64,000 nt of DNA, from positions 22,878,001 to 22,942,000 of the forward strand of contig CM106585.1 in NCBI GenBank assembly GCA_048013815.1, written 5' to 3'. Below the pieces are notes generated by a model that was given only the letters and a program-made list of their open reading frames with translations, made no database searches and had not been told where the DNA came from. A program made the position numbers and the translations under genes. Of this stretch, positions 30,127 through 43,839 are shown piece after piece (position 1 is the stretch's first letter; each line of letters opens with the position of its first letter). The DNA comes from Setoptus koraiensis. Lineage: Eukaryota; Animalia; Arthropoda.

Positions 30127-32990
30127 CTATGATGGCAAACATTGTGACACATCTTCGTTATCTTGAACTTTTGATTTTCTTGTGCTACGTCTCATCAAGC
30201 TTCTACTTCTTGGTTTACTACGTTGATCTAAAGCTAAATGTGCGGATATTGGCTGACTTTTAGTGGCAATAACGACATTTTGTTGCGAGTTTTGTCCACT
30301 GCTATCCTCCTCACCAGAGGTTAAATTATCTTGCGACGCTGAAATCATTGGTGATTGCTTTCCGCTTTTATTATTATTATTATTACCAGTAATACTGTTT
30401 GAATTGGATTGTGTGCCACTACAGGAGGCTCCGTTATTCGTTCCCCCCGTTAGTGTTCTGCCCACTCTATTTAGGGTATTGCCTGTAACTGATTTTATCA
30501 ATGCTACCGTTGTCTTGCTACAATTTGAGCTAGTTTTGCCACCATTTGAGTTAGTTTTGCCGTTACTTGAGCCTCTATTGTTGTTGTTGTTTGTGTTGTT
30601 GTTGTTGTTGTTGTTGTTGTCGTTGTTGTTGGTGTTGTTGTTGTTGCTATTTTTATTGTTGTTGTTGTTGTTATTGTTGTTGTTGCTGTAGGTGGTAGTG
30701 GTAGTGGTGGTGGTGGGGTTGGTATTTGTGTTGGTGTTGGCATTGGTATTAGTGTTGGTGTTAGTGCTACTATTGTTGCTGTTGTTATTGGCTGTATTTT
30801 TGGTGGTGGAGTTGGAATTTTTGTTGTCTCTGTTGCTGTGTGGTGTTAGAAAGACATAAATGGAATTAGTTGCGACGAATAGAGCAAAGTGTTTGGCAGT
30901 CACATTGTCGACTACCTTCAACAACGTACTATAGCTCTGTTGCAAATAGATAGACTTCAAATTACTAAGATATTCTGATGCTAATTACCTGTTGTCCGTA
31001 CTATTACCGACAATGTTGCCGAAACGCCATTTACCCGAGGCATGCGCCGAGGAGCGCCTCTTGAGGCCCCCCTCTGTGGATATAGTAGATATTGAGATTC
31101 TAGCTAATGCCAAATAGGTCTTAAATATTTCCGTTACATTGATATTGTCCTTAGACGAACATTCCATCACCTGGTGTTGCGATGAGATGCAGATAGTTGT
31201 TTACGAATGAGTTTTGTTTGCAAACACACAATACAAATGTGTGGTGATCAGATTGACTGAGTGTCGAACTCACCTTAAGTCTCATTTTGGGCAATTCGCA
31301 AAATACATAATTAATAATGTCTTGTTTTCTAACTTTGCGATTCTCTGCTGGAATGTCACATTTGTTGCCAACGATTATTATTGGAATTTCCTATGATAGT
31401 TTATTCATAGTGTTTTCATTCATGAGTCATTCATCAAATAATGAAAGGGCGATATAAATATAAGGGTTGGTCATAACTAGTTCGTTTATTGATCATTTCA
31501 TTAGATTGCATTGAGACACGATTGATCCAATCGAGAACAATTTTCATCTCCGTCGTGCTTACCTGATAATCTGATCTAGACTCTTGTATCTCTCCGATAC
31601 ATTGTTTGGCTATTTGGAACGAGCTTAGATCATCGAATGAATAAACTATTAGGAAGGCTCCACCTGTAGTAATTGACAACCGCCTCATAGCAGGGAATTG
31701 CATTGTGCCGGAAGTGTCGAGAAAATCCACCTGACCAATGCAGTGATTAGAGTTTGTTTGATAGTCGTTAATTAATAATTGATCAATGATACATAGTAAT
31801 AGCGCATATGTATATCATTGTGGATAATGGTGAACTTACCCTGAGCATTATGGTGCCCAGATCGAAGTCCTTGGTGAACAGATCCTCTACTGTGGGCTGA
31901 TACTTTTCTACGTACTTGTTGAACAGAAATCTGTTCAAAATTGATGTCTTCCTGTACTCGTGTGCAGCAAAATCATTTGTGGTACGTGGTTGTGCAGCAT
32001 ATAAAATAGGTCACAGTGTTAATTATGAATGTCAATGTACAATTAGTGCAAAGTTGTTGCATTTGTTGGCAAATAGCCACGAAGTAGTGCCGACCGTTAT
32101 TTAGCTACTACCAACTACTTGCTGTCTGATTGGCTTAATTAAGCAAGTCTATTTTAGGGCGCATCCGTTTATCTATTACATTTACCTGATACTCATGACA
32201 AGCTAGCCAGACTGAACCAGTTAATTTCAGACAAGCAACCAACTGCAACTAATCCGTCATCAAGGCCAATATAAAGTGCATCAGCATTAATGATCATCAT
32301 CATGCCTAATACATGTACAACCTAATGTAACCACGATGATGCAACTCATGATGCGACACAACGACAACAACAACAAGATTGCCATGGTCACCAACACAAA
32401 TACGTTATGTTATTCACAATACGTGTTATTCCACGTGCCAAGCTGGTCTCAGTGCGAATCTACACACATACGCACAAACATTTCGGCAACATGCTCATCA
32501 TGTCAATCAATCCATTAATCATCTTCACTCAATTGCAGTTGTTACTTTCAATGCCACTATTACCATGTTGCGTTATTTGACGACTGCAGCTATCCACTTC
32601 ACACAAGACTGATTCTCTATTTTTATTTTGCTCTCTATTTCTACATTTATACTTTGGCCCCATTTTCTTTTTCTTTTTTTTTATCTCTCCGCAATCATTA
32701 ATCATCTTGGCACGAGCATCGCAACATAGAGTTGCACCATTCGTCATTAATCTGTGGTCTCTCAATGATATTTATGCACATGACATAGCACTTATCAAAG
32801 CGATAAAAATAATAATGTCATTCTTTGTCGCCCACTAACTGACCCGCTAAATAACAAATCGATCGAGAGATCGCAATGACACAGTTGTATCGACGCCGAC
32901 GCGACCTATTATATTATATGCCACTTACCCTGTTCCAACCGAACCCATTAGAACCAGCCTGAAGTTAATCTTTTCCGGTTCTGGAGGCAT
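30127..32990 (-). CDS. Rhes/RASD/Di-Ras-like small GTPase, 6 exons, about 449 aa
   Basis: Exons 32990-32929, 31951-31840, 31730-31563, 31390-31274, 31170-30989 and 30835-30127 (all GT-AG, 1350 nt). G1 GSVGTGKT (split by intron 1), G2 YQPTVED, G3 [16 protein letters not shown] (RASD/Di-Ras signature), G4 VGNKCD, G5 ECSSK. C-terminal [10 protein letters not shown]...CLPS-stop is CaaX-like. Confidence 0.9.
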
Positions 32991-33580
32991 GTTATCAACT
33001 ATTTACTAACTGGCGTGTTTAATTTGGACACAAATTGATAGATTATAGTTGTTTGTATCGGTGTTTGTTCTATTCTCTAGCTTGATACTTGTCCAAATGA
33101 TGGCCAATACAAATTGCACTAGTACCAATTATACCAATCTGGTAAGATATTTGTCGCTTGGTGTTGTTGTGTATATCAATGCGTCCGTAATATGTAACGC
33201 TGCCCACAACAATGATTGATTGAATTGAGTTTATCAAACTGGATGTGCCACTAATAGACTGTCCTAGGTCATACCATTCGACGTTTCTATTCCACTAATA
33301 TGGGCACTAATCTGGTTAATCGAAGATACGGCCAAGAATTATTTTGCCAGAACAAAACTAATCGTTCAGTGTCGAGTCGATACTTATCTCTGATAAAGTA
33401 AACCTTGCTGGTATTAAATCACCAATTCCAGTTCTCTTTTCGCATATATCCTGGCTACTGTTTCAGAGAATTGCGATTATTAAAGAAAATTTTCATTTTT
33501 CTCTGTTCTATAGACCTTTCCTTGCTCAGCTCGATCGGGGCGGTCAGGATCAAGTCAACATCACATGGAAAACGGTTTAC

Positions 33581-33659
33581 CTTATGAGAGCCGGCGATGG
33601 CTGCAGATAACCAACTGTGGCAAATCCTTGATTGATATATCTGCGATATGTCTACCAAC
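33581..33659 (-). other. Candidate 79-nt non-coding (5'UTR) exon of the Rhes-like gene
   Basis: Minus-strand acceptor CCATCTGTTTAG| at 33660 and donor ATAAG|GTAAAC at 33580. The first coding exon is also preceded by an acceptor-like AG shortly upstream of its ATG. Confidence 0.3.
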
Positions 33660-36600
33660 CTAAACAGATGGAATTAATATCGGATATTAGTTGTTGTGTT
33701 AAATTTGCTCATTAATGATAATATTGTCACTCGCAGCAAAGTGAAAAAACTACATCACAGTTGCGACACATTGGTCGAAAAACGCGCCGATCAGGCGAGA
33801 GAAGTGACATTCTTGTTCAACAAATCCCAACTCATAATTGGGGCCATCAATTAATGCGTTTCTAACAATATGCGGTGGCAAACGAAAAAAATCTGCGCCC
33901 ACATATACATTAAGCAAGTGACATGTTCAGTTCTGGGACGACAATTGTGCTCAATCATGCTCGTTGATTGCTCACATGCCATATTGTGCCAAAAATGTTA
34001 GCTCCAAAAATTATTTATTAGTGGCTTAATAATAAATGTATATTCTTGTGTCTTGGACCGGGATGGCAAGAGGAAAGATGGCCAAAATTGATCAAAATAC
34101 AGCTTCTGTGGGCGAATTTCCAATCAATTGAGACCAATGTTTCTGGGTTCTGATTGATGAAGATTGCCGCAAAAACAGCGAAAATGTCTCTAAAATCGAG
34201 CACTGTCTTCGTCATGCTTGATGCTGAAAGGGTTCGGCCCTAAACTTTTCAAGATGAACCAAGATAGGAGTTATATGAAGCAAAGAAATTAAATAAATGC
34301 GCACAAAAATATTGTTTTGGGGCGCAGTCTCGGCGAATGTGCGTGTGTTTGCAGGTACGAGACATCGATCAGTCTTTTCGGTTACAGTAGAACAACATAT
34401 ATACCTATAGAATGGCTTTTTGTTGAACCATCCAAAAGTGTTTGCAATCTTTGCTCGCTGTATACGATCATCGTATTACGATGGCAGTTTCGGTGCAAAA
34501 TTTTCGTCTCATACCGATAGAGGGGGGCAGATTTCAGTGGTACAAGACACGATGATGAGCTTGATAAGATGCACCAGTATTTCTATAATTTCTTTTCCAC
34601 TATATGTGACACACAAAGTCATTTCTGGGCAGCACTCGCCGAGAGTAGCGAAACAAACGTACGAACGAAAGAGTGGAAAAATGAGAAAACAGGCAGAAAG
34701 AAATAGAAAAATAGACAAATTGAAAAAATGTAAAGATGAAAAAAAAAAAGAAAAAATGGAGACAATAAAAAAGTAATGATTATGTTGGCCATTAAAATAT
34801 TGCATCATTGAATATGGTTACTTTGGTCTCTTGGCCCATTACGTTGCATGCCAGTTATATGGAGCGAGTGAGCTTGCCAAATTGAATTTAGCAACTCAAA
34901 CAAGGGCAGCAAAATCAAATCTTGTGAACGCCTTCAAGGCACACAATGAAAAACAATTGCAGATATATGGACAGATAACATAAATAGTTGTGCGGCCCAG
35001 TGCAAATAGCCCTCAGTTGCGTGATCACATTTATGAATTTGGTTTGCTTATTTTGTTAGCCTGCCACTAATACTGGCTGCCAGTGCTGCCGCCGCTGTCA
35101 CTGGTACCGCCACTGGACACATTGCATTCGCAGGGCCCTATTGTGGCCTCACAGCATGAATTTTTGTCTTTATTTTTATTTCGCTTTGAGAGATTTGCGA
35201 GCCTCTCTGTATGATTCGATCGGGTTCGCTTGCGCTGAATTAACTATAAGACCGACGATGATTCAACTGGCGACTCGCGCCAGTTGACCGGCTCGCCAAA
35301 CGGCCCAAACGGAAAGGGGTCTCACTGTTTATTTGATTTGCTTTCATTCGCCCGCGCTGGCTGCTCATTTTTTGCGTGCCACTTCCACGCGACTCAAGAT
35401 CACTTTTGTCGGTGGCACTTTCTTTGTTTTGTGTCAGCTCTCTTTTTATTGCCAGCACTTTATCGTCGTCAAATATCATGCCAACAAACAAGGCGAGCTC
35501 TGTCTGACTGTGTGTGTTGTGCGAACCGTTAGACATTCGAGTAGGCGAATGTCGCCGTCGACGCAATCAAATCTCAAGTCTCAAATGTTGTTGTCAGACA
35601 GGTAGCCCGATCTGGCGAGCGACAACATCGCTGGGCGCACTTATTTGCACTCTATTTATTTAACTCCCATTTAATTGGCTGCAATCGATTTGGCCTAACT
35701 CACGGTTGTCCGCTGCAGTTGACCACTTTTGAATCTATCTCATCGTTGCCACTCTTGTGACGCAATTGATTGGCGCTGCTGCTCGGACTCACCAACTTGT
35801 CGCCATTCACTCGAATCGCTCTCATTTTAATCCCGAGCTATCAAATCATGATGGCACCCATCATCTCACTCATATAGACAAGCTTTACAATTTCACTGTA
35901 AATGGCACCTTGGAAGCGGGGTGTTTTGACGCAACGACAATTGGCCCTCTGCATCTAATAACAAGCGAGTAAGTACGTTAATGTACTTTCTAAATGTTTT
36001 TCTTTATCGCAAAAGCCCGCTCATTCGCTCACTGATTGATTGGCTGATGGCGGCCTTCCAGATTCTCGAGTGCAAGAGCCAAAGTGAAAGCGAAAGTGAA
36101 AGCGAAAGTGAAAATGAAAGTAAATGTAAAAGTAAAAGTGCAACTAAAAGGCCAGCCAGACAGCGAGTCGGTCGGTTAGTTAGTCGGGCACTGCTCGAGC
36201 CAGTAAAGGTGAACCGAAGGGAGAGAGACAGACAGTAAAAGGGAGGATAAAAAGATAAAAATAAAAGGATAAGTCACTCGGGAATCTTCAAGTTGTCGCA
36301 TGTTTGTAGTGTAGGCTATTACATCATTGCTAGTGAATCTGATTTTGTCGGGGAATTTGTGTGAGCTTACAACAAAGTTGTGTACAACTATGTGCGTGTT
36401 GTAGTGCAAATATAAACGATATATCAATCCGTTTTCTACTCTGACATAATGCTCTTTGCTAATGCTAATACTATTGCTAATGCGATCTAGATTAGATAAG
36501 TGGTGGCTGGCGACAGTCTGGCCAGTAGTGGCCACAGTGTAGAGTTGCGAGCCACTTGCACTTGTTAGATGTTCGCTAGCCGACGACAGTGAGTCAGTCA

Positions 36601-37003
36601 ATTTACCGTTAGTTTAATCCACTAACTTTTATCTCTGGCAAGTGGGGCCCCCGTTTTGTTTTTGTTTTTGTGTTGTTGTTGTTGTTGCTCTTGTTTTTGA
36701 GCCGTCGCTACTCTCTTTTTTCTCTGTTTGTCGGCGCGCCGTGTACAAGTGAAAAAAGTAAATATACAAAGTCATCTCCATGGCCGGCTGGCTGGCTATT
36801 TAAGGGGCCCATTCGAGGGCTTTATAAAGCAACTCGTAGAAACACATAACGATATTCCGACATACGATACCCAACATACGATACCCAACATACGATACGG
36901 TAACATAGAGAGTGGCCGCTGGACACAGTCGCAAAGAACGGCCAAACATTAGCCAGCTAGATAGATAAATGAATTCATTAGGCGACTTGATTAGCGAGCT
37001 GGC

Positions 37004-37193
<190 letters not shown>

Positions 37194-40100
37194 GCGCTAC
37201 CTCATTGGCCACTTCGCATATCGCATGGCATAACGGGCGACAAAATAATGGCACCCAAGATAATTATCATAATTATAGTGCTATTTTGGCTAGTCCGTTT
37301 GCACACACATACACACACAACATACATACGCCACCGGCTAATTGGGGCGCCAACAATAGGTGGGCACGAAATCTTCACAAGCACCATACTAAATGATGAT
37401 ATAAAATAGTTGCTTGACAAATGAACAAACTGGCGGCTCCTCTCTAGGTGATTAACGCTAAATATGAGGCTAAATATAACTGATAGCTAATTGATTAGTG
37501 GCTGTAATTAGATCAGAATCAATTCATGGCCAGAGTTATTGGTCTCCAGTTATTTGCAGCGCACTCTCTCGTTAGTGTTTGTGTCTTAGACAATGCCAGC
37601 CACTGTCAGTCTCACAGGCGCAACTTGCCACAACGGATCTAATTTGGTGGTTAGATTATTATTATTATTATTTGTCACTTGTCAGTTGCTTGTTTATTGC
37701 AACAGACAACATGAGTTGTTTTAGCCAATGATACTGCTTGTTGTGTGCAACATTTGAGGATTTGTTGTTGTTTTTGTTGTCGTTGCTGTCGTCGTTGTTG
37801 CTGTTGCTGTTGATAAGGCAATAGTAGATTAGTGCAATTTATAAATGAAAACTCTGAACTGAATCTCGCCTATTGTTGATGCAAATCTTGCCCTAATTTA
37901 TAGTCCAATCTCGACAATTCCGAATAGATGAGCCAATTTGTTTGGAAGTCAGCAACACGCGCACATTCGAGCTAACGGTCAGTTCATTTGAGCTGGCCAA
38001 TCTAATCAACACTATTATTGTTGTTGCTATTACGGACGCTCACGCGCTCGAAAAGCAGCTAAAACGAAGCTCAAAGTTCAAGTGAATTTTACCAACGCGA
38101 GCTGAAATATTATCCAATTAGACAGAGGAAAAAGAAGAAAGAAGCAAACAAAATAAAATGGGCCATCCTATCGCACAACCGTCTGACCAAAATGACGGTA
38201 TTAGCACCAAAAGTGTCACGATCCGATTACTCTTGTTTGTGCCTCGGACCGGCATCAGATTTCCTCCTCACCGACACTCTCTGGCCCTCTAACGGTTTCA
38301 CACCGTTCTAACCACCATTTCGCCACTTGATGTGCTAAAACTCGATCTGAAGATGGACACATTTAGATACAATGTACTAAACTATGTAATATTTCCAAAG
38401 TGCACAGTGGGTGCGTTGACACACACACGGGCCCCACTCTCTCTCTCTCTCTCAGAGCGATATATCTTTTGAGACACAACAAACTCAGCGAAAACAACAA
38501 TAGCAGCACAACGAACAATGATTTTAGGTGAGATGGCTACAAATTAAATTTTGTTTGCTTCCTATCTAATTGGCTAGCAAATGGCCTGGTGCATGTTGAC
38601 GCTAACTAGAACAACACTAAGAATAGAAAGAAACATTTCGCTGCACCCAAATACACAACTATCTGTGTACTAACTGTGCCATCGATACCAATGTTATCTA
38701 AATCTACATCTGAGTCTATTTATACAACAAAAAAGTCTTTTTATACTCAGCTCGAGCAACTATTGCCTGTATCTCTCTGCATCCTGAATGTGTCTATCTT
38801 TGGTCTATACAGAGATACACCAATGGGCGAAGACAATGCAAATTAGCAGCTAAATGTAAAACAAGAAGTGATACTAATTAATTGGTTGCTCACAAGATGA
38901 GATGCAACGAGGAAGAGAGAGAGAGAGAGAGGGATAGAGGGATAGAGGGGAGAAAAAACAAGTTGATCAGCGGTTACGTAGAAGCCATTAATAAACGGCG
39001 ATATATTTATGTATTCGGTGCTCTATTTCTGACGTCGAATCTCTGACGTCGGCATTGTCGTTGGTGGTTGGCTGGTTCATTTGGTTCGCCTATTATCTTG
39101 CTCAAAACAAGTTGATACGATCTAATGAGGCAGCTAAAGATTCAAAGTTAATTATTTCGCACATTCGCCCGCAAACAAACATGTTATGTACATAGCTATA
39201 TATATATATGTATATAGCTAGCTGACTATTTTACTTTCGTTTTACTCCAAACTTGCTTGTAGCGCCCTCACAACCAAACTAATGCTTATAATGTGAATGT
39301 CACCCGCCAGGGGCACTCACCTCATTTCAATCGGCTCCACAAGAGCGTATCGAGATGCAGATTTCCCGGTAGTTGCCGGCCTTTACTTGTATAGTTTTCG
39401 CAATGAGAGCATGGCTCTGGATAGCTTTTTCTTGATCGTCTGACCCACTGAATGCATTAGCATATCAGACTATCGAAAGAAGAAAGCGGCTCAAATAAAG
39501 GCCGAAGCCGGATATTTTGAGTATCAAATCTTTTGACTGCCAAATAACACAATATATACATGTATATATAATATAATTGTATGCCGCGAGCTTCTATAGG
39601 GTCGTTCGAGTACGCGAACACTGCGCAGCACAAGGGCACAGGAAGTACATGAGATTTTTTTGTGCATCGCTGATTACACTATCAGGTGCATGCAGATTAT
39701 CGAGCACTGTGCCTCAATGCGAACTGCCAGTGCTGGTGGCACAGCCTGTGCCAACCCCGAGACACCTTTGAAAAGATATTTCAGTGTTGTCGCAAACATG
39801 GAGACGCAAATCACCCCGAAAGAGAGAGAGAAATTATATTGCTCAAACCAATCTAATATATCCCCATTTTCCCTAATGCCGACTGACCGAGCCGGCTTCG
39901 CTACCTGGTTTGAGATACAGTCTTACGTGATATAGTCGTATCACGTTTAGTGATACAGACTGTATCTCGCGCAACTGCCGATTGCCCCAAATGATTTAGC
40001 CGTGCAAACTCTAGTTGCGCTTCTCTGACACAGATGGGGTTTGCAGTTTGGAAGTTTGTTTTTAAGAGGACACTGTCTACTGCACTGCTTGTTGTTGCGT

Positions 40101-43100
40101 GATCTCTAACTGGATTGAACAATTCAATCAATGGACAAACATTGTTGTTGACACAACCGGACTAGACAGCTTATCGAGCTTATTGAGTCTGTTGTGTCTG
40201 GCTGCTGGTTGGCTGACTCAATTAATGGCGCACAGCACTGTATCTATAGCATTACAGGTTGGCATTTCAAGCCAATAATAATGGCAAAAATATCACTGTT
40301 CGCCATTGATTCGATCGAAATACCGATTGAATCAATTGCGTTGCTGTCTAGCTGTAGTTTTAGTTGCCGGCCTGGGTCCAATTATCTATTCTCGGCAACT
40401 CGCAATTCCAGAAATCGCTGGCCCGCGGCCCCGATCGTGTTATGAACAGTTGGATATAAACAGACTTGGAAATGAGCATCATTATTGTCTCTCTCCCTCT
40501 CTCCTGTGTCATATCTGTGTCCGACGAAACAAAATTCAGTCATTGTTTTCGGTGAGCGAATTTGCATCTACAGATTCCTGCATTGTCTACAAAGTGTAAG
40601 TAGCGATAGGCGATAGATGTAGACAGCGCGGGGCTTTCATCCCAACTCGATCATGGCTCGCCCAATGAATTTGCCTTTTTCAAACCAAAAGCACAAACAT
40701 TTATATTTGCACACGAATTCTTTTTTTTGTTGCTATAGAAATGATGTAAATCCAGTTAAATCAAGCAATTGATTAAAATGAAAAAATTGTCTTGTTTATT
40801 CGTTGTGTTTGCTTGTTAGTCTAATTGCTGCTTGCACGTGCAAATCAATCGGGCGCTCGCTCGAATATTCCAATTAAATGCAAACAGAGCAATCAGTTCA
40901 TTTCAGTTCGTGAATTCAGCTGAGGGTTTTTTAGTGCAAGCTTGCAAGAACGAATTTACACATTCTCGCACAAACTATATTCAGATACGCAGAGCAGCAA
41001 ACAAACGATCCGACCGAGCACAACTCATTATGTTTGCTCAATCCGTTTCACTCTAAACTCCATCTGGCCAGTTCTAGTCTGTTCCATCGGCGTTCGTTTG
41101 CATATATAATTAGTTCAGATATACAATTAGTGGTGGCAGCCAAACCGTCGCTCATTCCCAGATAATTTCTGTGAAAACGTGGCAATTTCTGGAATATTTC
41201 TGTCGGTTTGTAACAAACTTTTCGACAGAAACTCTCTAAATTTTTCGCAGAATTTTTTGTGAAAATCTGTCAGGGGCTCTTCGAGAACAACTGCACAATT
41301 GAAGTTTGTCAATCTCCACTGTTTTTCTTTCTTTTTTTTTGTAAAAATCCTTGAAACAAGATCTGGACGAATTTTCGGGCGCCCAATTTTGCCAAAATCG
41401 GCAGAATCGATAAAAAAATAACTGCCTGAGGAAGCGCTGAAATAAGCGGAAATGTTGACTGCGTAAAATGGGTTAATTAGGGGTTACTGTAGACTTTGGT
41501 TGTGCCTCTTAATTGGTATAGAACTCGATCGTCTGACGCGATTCGCGTCGGTGATGAAACTTTTTTTCATAGTGCATCTATTTATACTTATATTCTTATT
41601 CAGTTATCAGAATGCGAGTTTAATTAAATAGAAAAAGGCGTTGCATAGCCAGCACAACAGTGGCTCGTCATTGTGGCATGTGCATGAATCATTTTGCGAA
41701 AGTCAGAGTATCTTTTGCTCCAGTAAACTCATCGTAATTTCGAGGTATATTTCAGGGAAAGGTTGCGCGATCGATGTCGATGTGAAGTGGGGAGCCGTTG
41801 TTTGTCGGTCGCTAGCTGGTGCCCGGTACAAACGGCAAGTCAGTCACCCATATCAACTGCAATATCGCTGCAGTATCGCATCACAGTTACCTATAAAATG
41901 ACACCGCCATTAACATTGCAAGTCTATCCAGCATAGTATGAGGCAATGGCTGGTAAACGGTCGGTCTATTATCTGGATTTTCACTAACAAATCGATCTCG
42001 TATCGGCCCACCAATGACTAGATCTAGCTCTGTTGCATATATTTCCATTTCATTACATTGCTTTCGGTTTTGTTTGCTGCTGTTTTGGCTGTGTTTGCAT
42101 AAAACGCTCAAAAGCATTCGTTGGGACATTCGCTTGTCGTCGCTAAAAATACCAAAATACCAAATAGCGCAACAAAGATAAAAATATATACACTCCCCCT
42201 CGAAATAGCATGTAATGAGAGCTATTGTTCGGTGCTCGCTGACACTTTTCTGACTGAATGAGCTCAGCTCATTCAATCGACTACCAATGACAGTCAGTTA
42301 AATGATAATCAATTGAGAAAAATAAATTTTACTGTCACGTCACATTGTTATCTGTTAGGCAAGCAAATCCGTACAAAAGAATGATAAATGTGACTCGTTG
42401 TGACACCCCTGAGTTGCTAGTTGCATCGCTTAATCATTGGTGCACCAGTATCGAGTTGAACTGCGATTAGTGAATAGTCGCTGGAGATTTTTCACACAAG
42501 TCACTGCCTTTTTGGGTGATTCAAGTTTGGCTGATGATTTGGCACAAACAAACAGGTTGATTCAACACAAGTTGCCAGCAATTTGTACTGCTTCAGTCTC
42601 AATATTCATCTGTGAATTACAGTCAGATGACCATACTGCTCGAAGTATGCATAGTAATGTTGGTTATATTAATATCGGTAATATTGATATAAATATTAGT
42701 ATTAGATACCACTGATATATATGGCTGATATATTAGCTACCGCAGTTAGGTTGTACATTTGTATAGCTATCAGTCATATTAGACAGGCAACGAAGTTAGG
42801 TAAGAGTAGATAATAAGAGGCTGAATATTTGATGGATATGTTGTTGGCTTGTGCCAGTGGCAAGTGTTCAATATGAACCAATGTCAAATGTCTGCAGCTG
42901 GGCGAGGCGATCCAAACATCAAGTGGACAGCCAACAATAATAAAATAATATAATGACCTAGCATTAGTGAGGGAGCCCCGAAGGGAGGCCCCCAAACTCT
43001 TGTGATATGATAACAATTGGAGGCAGCGATCCTAAAACAATTTCCACTCGATTGAAGCGCTCGAACATGAAATATGTGAATGTGTGTGTGTGTGTGTGTG

Positions 43101-43358
43101 TGTGTGCCGTTAAGTCAATATTATTATATTGTTGGCAATGCCAATGATAACGGATAAGTGATATTACATAACGGCAGCATGGCGACACTGATTCATGGCT
43201 CACTCAAGAATCAGCGTCGTTATCAAGTTGTGCAATAATGCGCCCAACTTGACAACTCGGCATCTCAACCAATACACACATGCCGGATAAATATAAGCAC
43301 GTACATATAGAGACCTGTGTATAAACGACTCATAGAAGTTGGCAAGACGCTTTTGGCC

Positions 43359-43438
43359 GCTCACATAGGCTCACATAGGCTCACATAGGCTCACATAGGC
43401 TCACATTGGCTCATATTGGCCCACGTGGGCCCACTCGG
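43359..43438. repeat. 10-bp minisatellite (GCTCACATAG)n degrading into GCCCAC units
   Basis: Four perfect copies from 43359, then GCTCACATTG, GCTCATATTG, GCCCACGTGG, GCCCACTCGG. Confidence 0.9.
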
Positions 43439-43746
43439 GCCGCTATCTCACTGTTTCTTGGGCGCAACAAGAGCGATCGTATTTTTAGCTGCCGGCAATA
43501 CTTTTGGTGTGGGGGCCCATTTTGAAAATAGAAAGCTTCTTATGTGTGCCATTATTGTTATTTTTTGGTCGATATGATCGAATATGATCATTTCATCCAG
43601 TGCCACTCGCACACATACTAGTCGCACGATACGACGGCCATAACAACATAGCTAATAACAGGTAATAACGAACAGTAATGACAGCCTAGCTACACCTAGG
43701 GCCGATGTGTCACTCTAATTGGGCTCGCTCGTTGCAGTTGTGCGCC

Positions 43747-43762
43747 GTCGTCGTCGTCGTCG

Positions 43763-43823
<61 letters not shown>

Positions 43824-43839
43824 CGCTGTTGTTGTTGTC
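43747..43839. repeat. Compound (GTC)5(GTT)20 microsatellite
   Basis: Read directly from the sequence. Confidence 0.95.

Noticed and set aside
30263-30743. ORF 30263-30691 (+, poly-Leu) and 30504-30743 (-, poly-Thr/Pro)
   Set aside because: Alternative-frame readings of the AAC repeat inside the GTPase's last exon.
36176-36601. 141-codon minus-strand ORF in the desert
   Set aside because: TTG start, no convincing acceptor, no recognisable domain, and the C-terminus is derived from a purine-rich simple sequence. It stays a weak exon candidate only.
39901-40599. Exon-like minus segment (about 39905-40112) and a plus ORF 40306-40599 with a hydrophobic start
   Set aside because: No ATG for the plus ORF, no partner exons and no recognisable homology.
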